Shown here in pieces: positions 29,001 through 41,000 of a stretch of 64,000 nt of DNA; positions within the stretch are counted from its first letter, which is position 1, and every line of letters starts with the position of its first letter. This DNA comes from the human T2T-CHM13v2.0 reference genome, Homo sapiens. A program made the position numbers and the translations under genes. The stretch is from NCBI RefSeq assembly GCF_009914755.1, contig NC_060946.1, one strand, 5' to 3'. The notes beneath the pieces were generated by a model that saw nothing but the letters and a program-made list of their open reading frames with translations, did not search any database and had not been told where the DNA came from.

Positions 29001-32000
29001 AATGGAAAGGAACGGAATGAAATGTGATGGAATGGAATGGAACAGAAGGGAACGGAGTGGAATGGAGTGGAGTGCAGTGGAGTTGAGTTGAGTGGATCAA
29101 AGTGAAGTGTTATGGAATTGAAAGCAATGGAATAGAATGGAATGCAGGAGAGTGGAATGGAATGGAGTGGAGTGGAATGGAATGGAATGGAGTGGAGTGG
29201 AGTGGATTGGAGTGGAATGGAATGGAGTGGAGTAGTGTGGAGTGGAGTGGTGTGGAGAGTATAGGAGTGACGTGGAGTGGAATGGAATGGAATAGAATGG
29301 AATCGTATGGAATGCAGTGCAGTGGAATGGAATTTCATGGAATGGAGTGGGGTGGAGTGAAATTGAATGGTGTGGAGTGGAAGGGAATGGAACGGAATGG
29401 AATGAAGAGGAGTGGAGTGGATTGGAGTGGAGTGGAATGGATTGGAATGGAGTGGAATGAAATGCAATGCAAGAGAATGGAAAGCAGTGGCATGGAGTGG
29501 AATGGAATGGAGTAGAATGTAATGGAGAGGAGTGGAAAGAAATGGAATGGAACGGAAGGGAATGGAGTGGAGTGGAGTGGAATTGAGCAGAGTGGATCAG
29601 AGTACAATGAAATGGAATGGAATGGAGTGGAGTGGAGTGGAATGGAGGGGAATGGAATGGAGTGGAGTGGAAAGGAATGTAATAGAACGTAATAGAATGG
29701 AATGAAATGAAAAGGAATGTATCAGAGTGGATTGGGGTGCAGTGGAGTTCAATGGAGTGGATCTGAGTGTAGTGGAATAGAACGGAATGGAATGCAATGG
29801 AATGGAGTGGAGTGGAATTGAATGGAGTGGAGTGGAGTCGAGTGGAATGGAATGGTGAAATGAAATGTGAGCTAAGATTGTGCCACTGCACTCCAATCTC
29901 GGTGACAGAGTGAGATTCAGTTGAAATAAAGGAATCGAATGAAATGGAACAGAATGGAATGGAATGGAATGGAGTGGAGTGGTGTGGAGTGTAGTGGAAT
30001 GGAATGGAATGGAACGGAATGGAATGGATTGCAATGGAATGGAATCGAACCGAATGGAATGGAGTAGAGTGGAGTGGACTGGAGTTGAGTGGAGTGGATC
30101 GGAAAGCAGTGGAATGGAAACATTGGAATGGAATGGAATGGAATGGAATGGAATGGAATGGAGTGGAGTGGAGTGGAATGGAATGGAGGGGAGTGGAGTG
30201 GAATGGGGTGGAGTGGAGTGGAATGCAAAGGAATGGCATGGAATGGAATGCAAAGGTGAAATGTAATGTGAGCTAAGATTGTGCCACGGCACTTCAGTCT
30301 GGGTGTCGGAGTAAGATCCAATCGAAATAAAGTAGTGGAATGGAATGCAGTTGAACGGAATGGAATGGAGTGGATTAGCATGCAACGGAGTGGAATGGAG
30401 TGGAGTGGAGTGGAATGGAATCGAGTGGAGTCGAGTGGAGTACAGTGGAGTGAAATGGAGTGGAATGGAATGGAGTGGATTGGAATAGAATGGAGTGGAA
30501 AGGCACGGAACGGTATGGAATGAAAAGGAATGGAATGGAACATATTGGAGTGGAGTGGAGTTGAATGGTGTGGATCGGAGTGCAGTGGAGTGGAATGGAA
30601 TAGAATGGAGTGGAGTGGAGTGGAGTGGAATGCAGTAGAATGGAGTGGAATGGAATGGAATGGAGTGGATTGGAGTGGAATGGAACGGAATGGAATGGAA
30701 TGGAATGCAATTGAGTGGAATGGAAGCGAACGGAGTGGAGTAGAGTGGGACGGAGTTGACTGGAGTGGGTCGGAGTGCAGAGGAATGGAATGGAATGGAG
30801 TGCAGAGGAATGGAATGGAATGGAAGGGAAAGGAATAGAGTGGAGTGGAGTGGAAAGGAATGGAATGGATTGGAGTGGAGTGGATTGGAGTGGAGTGGAA
30901 AGGAACAGAAGGGAGTGCAATGGAATGGAATACAGTGGAATAGAATGGAATGGAGGGGAGTGGAATGGAATGGAATGGAGTGGAATGGAAAGGAGTGGAG
31001 TGGAATGGAATGGAATGGAAAGGAATGGAATGGAATGGAGTGGAGTGGAATGGAATGGAGTGAAGTGGAATTGAATGGAGTGAGTAAAATGGAGTGGAGT
31101 GAAGTAGAATGGAAGGGAGTGGATTGAAATGGAGGGAAGTGGAGTGTAATGAAATGGAGTGTAATGGAATGGAGTGGAGTGGACTGGAGTGCAGTGGAGT
31201 GGATCGGAGTGCTGTGGAATGGAATGGAATGGAATGGAACGGAATGGAATGGAATGGAGTGGAGTGCAGTGGAGTAGAGTGGAGTGGAGTGGAATGGAGT
31301 GTAAAGGAATGAAATGGAATGGAATGGAATGGAATGGAATGGAATGGAATGGAATGGAAAGGAGTGGACTGGAGTGAGGTTGAGAGGAATGGATTGGAGT
31401 GCAGTGGACTGGAATGGAAAGGAAAATAACGGAGTGGAGTGGAATGGAATGGAGTGGAGTGGAATGGATTGGAATGGAGAGGTATGAAATGGAGTGCAAT
31501 ATAATGGAAAGCAGTGGCATAGAGTGAAATGGAATGGATTGGAGTGCAGTGGAGTGGAGTGGAATGGAGTGGAGTGCAGCGGATTGGAGTGCAGTGGAGT
31601 GGAGTGGAACGGAGTGGAATGGAAAGGAATGGAATGGAATGAAATGGAATGGTGAAATAAAACGTGAGCTAAGATTGTGCCACTGCACTCCAGTATGGGT
31701 GACAAAGTAAGATCCAGTCTAAATAAAGGAATGGAACGGAATGGAGTAAAATGCAATGGAATGGAGTGATGTGAAATGCAATGGAGAGGAAAGGAGTGGA
31801 GTAGAGTGGATTAGAATGGAGTGGAATGGAATGGAGTGGAGTAGAACGGAACAGAACAAAACGGAATGGAACGGAAGGGAACAAAGTGGAATAGAGTGGA
31901 GTGGAGTTGATTGGAGGGGATCGGATTGCAGTGGAATGTAATGGAAGGTAATGGAATGGTATGGAGTCGAGAGGAGTGGAGTTTAGTGGAGTGGAGTGGA

Positions 32001-35000
32001 GTTTCGTGGAGTGGAGTGGAATGGAGAGGATTGGAGTGGAGTGGAGTGGAGTGGAATGGAGTGGAGTGGAAAGGAATGGAATTGAGAGGAATGGAATGGA
32101 GTGGAGTGCAATGCAGTAGAGTGGAATGGACTGAAATGGAGTGGAATGGAATGGAGTTCAGTGGAGTGGAGTGGAATGGATTAGAATGGAGTGGAGTGGA
32201 ATGGAGTGGAATGGAATGGACTGAAATGGAGTGGAATGGATTGGAGTTTAGTGGAGTGGAGTGGAGTGGAATGGAGTGAATTGGAGTGGAGTGGAGTGTA
32301 ATGGAGTTGAATGGAAAGGAACAGAATGGAATGGAATGGAACGGAGTGTAGAAGAGTTGAGTGGATTGGAGTTGAGTGGAGTGTGTCGCAGTACAGTGGA
32401 ATGGAATGGAATGGAATGGAATGGAATGGAATGGAGTGTAGTGGAGTGGAGTTTAATGTAGTGGAGTGGAATGGAGTGTAGTAGAGTGGAGTGGAGAGGA
32501 CTGGAGTGGAATGTGAAGTTACGGAGTGGAATGGCGTGGAGTGGAGTGGAATGGAATGGAATGGAATAGAATGGAATGCAATAGAAAGGAATGGAATGCA
32601 ATAGAAAGGAATGGAATGCAATGGAATGGAATGCAATGCAATGCAATGGAATGGAATGGAATGGAATGGAATGGAATGGAACGGAATGGAACGGAATTGA
32701 GTGGAGTGGAGAGTAGTGGAGTGGCATGGAATGGAATGGAATGGAAAGGAATGGAATGGAATGGTGAAATGTAATGTATGCTAAGATTGTGCCACTGCAC
32801 TCCAGTCTGGGTGACAGAGTGAGATCCGATTAAAATAAGGGAATGGAAAGGAATGAAGTAGAATGGAATGGAATGGAATAAAGTGGAATGGAATGGATTG
32901 GAATGGAGTGGAGTGGATTGGAATGGTGTGTAAAGGAGTGGAATGAAATGGAATGCAATGGAGTGGAATGTAATGGAGAGAAATGGAATGGAGTCGAGTG
33001 GAGAGGAATGGATTGAGGTGGAATGAAGTGGATTGGAACACAGTGGAATGGAGTGGAATGGAATGGAGTGGAGTCAAGTTGAGTGGAGTGGAGTGGAATG
33101 GAATGACGTAGAATGGAATGGAACGGAACAGAACAGAATAGAATGGAATGGAATGGAATGGTTGGAGTGGAGTGGAGTTGGGTGGAGTTGGGTGGAGCAG
33201 AGTGGAGTGGGGTGGTGTTGATTAGAATGGAACAGATTACCATAGAATGGAATGGACTGGAATAGAAAGGTGTGCACAGGAATGGAGAGGAGTTGAGTGG
33301 AATGAAGTGGAATGGAAAGGAATGGAATGGAATGAAATGGAATAGTGAAATGTAATGTATTCTAAGATTGTGCCACTGAACTCCAGTCTGGGTGACAGAG
33401 TGAGATCCAGACGAAACAAAGGAATGCAATGGAATGCAGTAGAATGGAATTGAATAGAGTGGAGCGAAATGGAATGGAGTGGAATGGAGTAGAGTGGAAT
33501 GGAATGGAGTGGATTGGAGTGGTTTGGAAAGGAGTGGAATGGAGTGGAATGGAATGGAGTTCAGTAGACTATAGTGGAGTGGAGTGGAATAGAGTGAAAT
33601 TGTGTTGAGTGGAGTGGAATTGAATGGCATGGAATGGAATGGAACAGAACAGAACAGAATGGAACAGAATGGAAAAGAGTGGAGTGGAGTGGAGTTGCGT
33701 GGAGGGTATCGGAGTGCAGTGGAATGGAATGGAATGGAATGGAATGGAATGGAGTGGAGTGGAGTGGTGTTTAGTGGAGTGGAGTGGAGTGAAGTGGAAT
33801 GGAGTGTAGGGGGTGGAGTGGATTGGAGTGGAATGGAGTGGCATGGAGTGGAGTGGAGTGGAATGGAATGGAATGGAACAGAATGCAATGCAACGGAAAG
33901 GAATGGAATGGAACGGAACGGAACACAGTTGAGTGGAGTGGAGTGGAGTTGAGTGGAGTGGAGTGGGGTTGAGTGGAATGGAATGGAATGGTGAAATGGA
34001 ATGTGAGCTAAGATTGTGCCACTGCACTCTTCTCTGGGTGACAGAGTGAGATCCAGTCGAAATAAAGGAATGGAACGGAATGGAGAAGATTGGAATGGAA
34101 TGGATTGAAGATGAATGGAATGGAGTGGCATGGAGTGGAGTGCAGTGGAATGGACTGGAGTGGAATGGATTGCAGTATAATGAAGTGGAATTGAGTGGAA
34201 TGGAATGGAATGGAATGGGATGGAATGGAATGAAATGCAGTGGAATGGAGTGGAGTGGAATGGAGGAGAATTTGGTGGAATGGAGTAGAGTGGAGTGGAA
34301 TGGAGTAGAGTGGAGTGGAATGGAATGGAATGGAGTGGAGTCGAATGGAGTAAAGTGGAATCGAATGGAGTGGAATGGAAAGGAACGGAACAGAATGGAA
34401 GGCAATAGAACGGAGTGGAGTGGAGTGAATTGAATTGGAGTTTTCTGGAGGGGATAGGAGAGCACTGGAATGGAATGGAATTGAATGGAATGGAATGAAG
34501 TGGAGTGGAGTGGAATGGAGTGGAGTGGAATGAAGTGGAGTGGAATGGATTGGAATGGAATGGAGTGGAATGGCATGGAAATGAATGGAATGAAAAGGAA
34601 TGGAATTGAACGGAATGAAACGGAATGGAATGGAACAGAATGGAATTCATTGGAACAGAACATAGTGGAGTGGAGTGGATTTGACTGGAATGGAATTGGA
34701 CGGAATGAAACGGAATGGAATGGAACAGAATGGAATTCAATGGAACAGAACGTAGTGGAGTGGAGTGGAGTGGATTTGACTGGAGTGGATCGGAATGAAG
34801 TGGAATGGAATGGAATGGAAAGGAATGGAATGGAAAGGGGTGGAATGGAATGGAATGGAGTGGAGTGGAATCGAGTGGAATGGAATGGAATGGTGAAATG
34901 TAATGTCAGCTAAGATTGTGCCACTGCACTCCAGTCTGGGTGACACAGCGAGATCCAATCGAAATAAAGGAATGGAATGGAATGGAGTAAAGAGGAATGG

Positions 35001-38000
35001 AATGAAGTGGAATGGAGTGGAATGGAGTGGAGTGGAGTGGAATGGAGTGGAATGGAATGGAATGGAATGGAATGGAATGGAGTGGAATGAAATCGAATGG
35101 AGCAGAATGGAGTGCAGTGGAGTGGAGTGGAACGGATTCAAATGGAATGGATTGGAATGGAATGGAGTGGAATTGAGTGGAATGGAATGGAGTGGAATGG
35201 AATGGAGTGGAGTGAAGTGGAGTGGAATGGAGTGGAATGGAGTGAAATGGAATGGAATGGAGTGGAATGGAATGGAGTGGAATGGTATGGAGTGGAGTGA
35301 AGTGGAGTGGAATGGAGTGGAATGGAGTGAAATGGAGTGGAATGGAATGGAATGGAGTGGAATGGAACGAAACAGAATGGAATGGAATGGAGTGAAATGC
35401 AGTGTTTCGGAGTACAGTGGAATGGAGTGGAACGGAATGGAGTGGTGTGGAATGGAATGGAATGGAGTAGAATGGAATGGAATGGATTGGAATGTAGTGG
35501 AGTGGAATGGAGTGAGTGGAACGGAGTGAAATGGAGTGGAATGGAATGGAGTTTAGTGGTGTGGATTGGAGTGGAATGGAGTGGATTGGAACGGATTGAA
35601 ATGGAGTGGAATAGAATGTAATTTAGTGGCGTAGAGTGGAGTGGAATGGAGTGGAATGGAGTGGAGTGGAGTGGAGTGCAATGCAGTTGAATGGAATGGA
35701 ACAGAACGGAATGGAATGGAACAGATTGGAACAGAGTGTAGTGGAGTTGAGTGGAGTGGAGTTGAGAGGAGTGTATTGGAGCACAGTGGAATGTAATGTA
35801 ATGTAATGTAACGGAATGGAATAGAAGGGAATGTAGTGGAGTGGAGTTTAATGTAGTGGAGTGGAATGGAGTGTATTGGAGTGGATTGGAGTGGAGTGGA
35901 CAGGAGTGGAATGGAGTCTATTGGAGTGGAGTGGAGTGGAGTGGACAGGAGTGGAATGGAGTGGTAGAGAGTGGAATGGAGTGGAGTGCAGTAGAGTGGA
36001 ATGGAATGGAACGGAAGGCAATGCAATGGAAAGGAATGGAATGGAATGGAATGGAATGGAACAGAATGGCGTTGAGTGGAGTGCAGTGGAGTTGAGTGGA
36101 GTGGAAAGGAGTGGACTGGAGTGGAGTGGAATGAACTGGAATGGCATGAAATGTAACGGTGATATGAAACGTGAGCTAAGATTGTGCCACTGCATTCCTG
36201 TCTGGGTGACAGAGTGAGACCCAGTCAAAATAAAGGAATGGAATGGAATGGAGCAGATCGTAACTGAGTAGAGTGGAGTGGAATGGAATGGAGTGGCATG
36301 GAGTGGAGTGGAGTGGAATGGAGTAGAGTGGAATGGATTGCAGTATAACGGAGTGGAATTGAGTGGAGTGGAATGAATGGAATGGAGTGGAATGGAATGG
36401 AATGCAGTGGAATGGAGTGGAATAGAGTGGAGTGGAGTGGAGAGGAATGGAGTGGAATGGAATGGAATGGAATGGAATGGAACGGAGTGGAGTGGAATGG
36501 ACTGGAGTGGAATGGAATGTAGTGGAATGGAATGGAATGGAACAGAACGGAATGGAATGGAATGGAATGCAGTGGAGTGGAGTTGTGTGGAGTGGATGGG
36601 AGTACAGTGGAATGGAATAGTATGGAATGGAATGGAGTGGAGTGGAGTGGAGTGAACTAGAGTAGAATGGAGTGGAATTGAATGGAGTGGAGTGGATTGG
36701 AATGGAATGGAATGGAATGGAGTGGAATAGAAAGGAATGGAATGGAACAGAACAGAATGGAAAGGAACAGAATGGAATGGAACGGAACGGAACATAGTGG
36801 AGTGGAGTGGAGTGGAGTGGAACGGAGTGCAGTGGAATGAAATTCAATGGAATGCAATGGAATGGAATGGAGTGGAGTGGAATGGAATGGAGTGGACTGG
36901 AGTGGAGTGGAGTGTCATGGACTGGAACGGAATGGTATGGAATGGATTGGAATGCAATGGAATAGAATGGAATGGAATGGTGAAATGTGACGTATGCTAT
37001 GATTGTGCCCCTGCACTTCAGTCTGGGTGACAGAGTGAGATCCAATTGAAATAAAGAAATGGAATGGAATGAAGTAGAATGGAATGGAATGGAGTAAAGT
37101 GGAATTGAATGGATTGGAATGGAGTGGAGTGGAGGGGAATTTAGTGTAATGGAGTTTAATGAAAAGGAATGGAATGGAGTGGAATGTAATGGAGAGGAAA
37201 GGAATGGAGTGGAGAAGAATTGAATGGATTGAGGTGGAATGGAGTGGAATGGAATGCCGTGGAATGGAGTGCAATGGAATGGAATGGAATGCAGTGGAAT
37301 GGAATGGAATGGAGTGGAATGGAACGGAATGGAATGGAGTGGAATGGAATGGAGTGGAGTGGAGAGGAGTGGAGTGGAATGGAATGGAGTGGAATCGAAC
37401 GGAACAGAACAGAATGGAACGGAATGGAATGGAACGGAATGGAGTGTAGGAGTAGATCAGACTGCAGTGGAATGGAATGGAATGGAATGAAGTGCAGTGG
37501 AGTTTAGGGGAGTGAAGTGGAATTGAGTTGATTGGAGTGGAGCGGAGTGGAGGGGAATGGACTGGAATGGAGTGGAATCAAAAGGAGTGGAGTGGAATGC
37601 AATGAAATGTAATGTAATGGAATGGAATGGAATGGAGAGGAGTGGAGTGCAGTGGAGTGGAATATAGCGGAATGGAGAGAAGTGGAGTGCAGTGGAATGG
37701 AGTGGAGTAGAATAGAATGGTTGGGTATGGAACGCAACGGAACAGAATGGTAGGGAACAGAATTGAACTTAGTAGATTGGAGTGGAATGGAGTTGAGTGG
37801 AGTGGAGTTGAGTGGAGTGGATTGGAGTGCAGTGGAATGGAATGGAATGGAATGCAATGGAATGGAATGGAATGCTGAAATGAAATGTGAGCTAAGATTG
37901 TGCCACTGCTCTCCAGTCTGGGTGACAGAGTGATATCCAGCTGAAATAAAGGAATGGAATGGAGCATAAAAGAATGGAATTGAGTGGACTGGAATGGAAT

Positions 38001-41000
38001 GGAGTGGAATGGAGTGGAATGGAATGGAGTGGAGTGGATTGGAGTGGAATGGAGTGGAATGGAATGGAGTGGAGTGGATTGAAGTGGAGTGGATTGGAAT
38101 GGAGTGGAATGGATTGGAATGGAGTGGAATGAAGTGGAGAGGATTGGAATGGAGTCGACTGGAATGCAGTGGAGGGGAATGGCTTGGAATGAAGTGGAAT
38201 GGAGTGGAATGGAATGGAATGGTGAGGAATGGAATGGAATGGAATGGAGTGGATTGGAGTGGAGTAAAGTAGAGTGGAGCGGAGTAGAGTGGAATGGAGT
38301 GGAATAGAGTGAGAAGGAGAGGAGTAGAATAGAGTGGCGTGGAACGGAATGGAGTGGAATGGAATGGAAAGCAAAGGATTGGAACCCAATTGAACGGACT
38401 GCAGTCGAGTGGATTGGAAAGGAATGGAATGGAACCGAAAGGACTGGTGTGCAATGGAATGGAATGGAATGGAATGGAATGGAATGGAATGAAATGGAGT
38501 GCAAGTTAGTGGAGTGGAGTGGAGCAGAATGCAGTGGAATGGAGTGGAGTGGAGTGGAATGGAATGGAATGGAATGGAACGCAAAGGAATGGAATGGAAC
38601 GGAAAGGAATGGAACGTAACGGAATGGAGTGGAGCGTAGTGGAATGGAGTGGAGTTAAGTGTAATGGATCGGATTGCTGTGGAATGGAATGGAATGCAAT
38701 TGAATGGAATGGAATGGAATAGAAAGGCGTGTAGAGGAATGGAGAGGAGTGGAGTGGAGTGGATTGGAATGGAAAGGAATGGAGAGGAGTGGAGTGGAGT
38801 GGATTGGAATGGAAAGGAATGGAAAGGAATGAAATGGAATGGTGAAATGCAATATGTGCTAAGATTGTGCCACTACACTCCAGTCTGGGTGACAGAGTGA
38901 GATCAAGACAAAATAAAGGAATGCAATTGAATGGAGTAGAATGGAATGGAATGGAGTGGAGTGGAATGGAACGGAGTGGAATGGAGTGGAGTGGAGTGGA
39001 ATGCAATGGAGTGATATGGAGTGGTTTGGAATGGAGTGGAAAGGAATGGATTTTAGTAAAATGGAGTAGAGTGGAGTGGAATGGAGTGGAATGGAGTGAA
39101 ATTGAGTGGAGTGGAGTGGAATGGAATGGCATGGAATGGAATGGAAAAGAAACGAACGGAATGGAACGGAATGGATTGGAGTGCAGTTGCATGGAGTGTA
39201 TCGGAGTGCAGTGGAATGGAATGGAATGGAATGGAATAGAACGGAATGGAATAGAAAGGGGTGGAGTGGAGTGGTGTTTAGTGAAGTAGAGTGGAGAGCA
39301 ATGGAGTGTAATGTAGAGGAGTGGAGTGGTGTGGATTGGAGTGGAATGGAGTGGTAAGGAGGGGAGTGGAGTGGAATGGAAAGGAATGGAGCAGAATGCA
39401 GTGCAATGGAAAGAAATGGAATGGAAAGGAATGCAACACAGTTGAGTGGTGTGGAGTGGAATGGAATGGAATGCAGTGGAGTGGAGTGGAGTGGAATGAA
39501 ATGGAATGTAATGAAATGGAATGGTGAAATGAAATGTGAGCTATGATTGTGCCACTGCACTCCTCTCTGGGTGACAGAGTGAGATCCAGTCGAAATAACG
39601 GAATGGAATGGAGTAGTTTGGAATGGAATGAAATGCAGTGGAATGGAATGGAGTAGTTTGGAATGGAATGAAATGCAGTGGAATGGAATGGAGTGGCATG
39701 GAGTGGAGTGGAGTGGAATGGAGTGGAGTGGAATGGATTGCAGTATAATGGAGGGGAATGGAGTGGAATGGAATGCAATGGAACGGAATGGAATGGAGTG
39801 GAATGGAATGGAACGCAGTGGAATATAGTGGAGTGGAGTGGAATGGAGTGGAGTTGGGATGAAAGGAGAGGAGTGGAGTGGAATGGAATGGGATGGAATG
39901 GAATGGAATGGAATGTATTGGAATGGAATGGAAAGGAGAGGAGTGGAATGGATTGGAGTGGAATCGAATGGAGCGGAATGGAACAGAACGGAATGGAAAA
40001 GAAGGCAATAGAATGGAGTGGAGTGGAGTGCATTGGAGTGGAGTTGTGTGGAGTGGATAGAAGTGCACTGGAATGGAATGGAATGGAATGGAATGGAATG
40101 GAATGGAATGGAATGGAGTGGAGTGGAGTGGAATGGAGTGGAGTGGAGTGAAGTGGAGTGGAATGGAGTGGAATGGAATGGAGTGGAGTGGCATGGAATG
40201 AAATGGATTGAAACGGAATGGAATGGAATAGAATGGAATTCAAAAAAACGGAATGTAGTGGAGTGGAGAGGAGTGGATTTGACTGGAGAGGATCAGAGTG
40301 CAGTGGAATGGGATGGAATTTAGTGGAGTGGAATGGAATGGAATGGAATGGAAAGTGGTGGAGTGGAATGGAATGGAGTTGAGTGGCATGGAATAGAATG
40401 GAATGGAATGGAATGGAATGGAATGGAATAGAATGGAATGGTGAAATGTAATGTTACCTAAAATTGTGCGACTGCACTCCAGTCTGGGTGACACAGTGAG
40501 ATCCAATGGAAAAAAAGGAATGCAATGAAATGGCGTAAAGAGGAATGGAATGAAGTGGAATGGAGTGGAGTGGAGTAAAATGGAGTGGAATGGAATGGAA
40601 AGGAATGGAGTGGAATGAAATAGAATGGAGTAGAATGGAGTGGAGTGGAGTTGAACGGATTGAAGTGGAATGGAGTGGATTGGAATAGAGTGGAATTGAG
40701 TGAAACGAAATGGAATGGAGTGGAATGGAAGGGAATAGAGTGGAATGGTATGGAGTGGAGTGGAGTGGAATGGAGTGAAATGGAATGAAATGGAGTGGAA
40801 TGGAAGGGATTGGAGTGGAATTGAATGGAGTGGAATGGAACGGAACAGAACGGAATGGAATGGAATGGAGTGGAGTGGAGTGGAGTTGATCAGAATGCAG
40901 TGGAATGGAATGGAAAGCAGTGGAATGGAGTTGAGTGGAGTGCAGTGGAGTGGATTAGAGTGGAGTGGAATGCAGTAAACTGGAGTGGAATGGAATGAGT

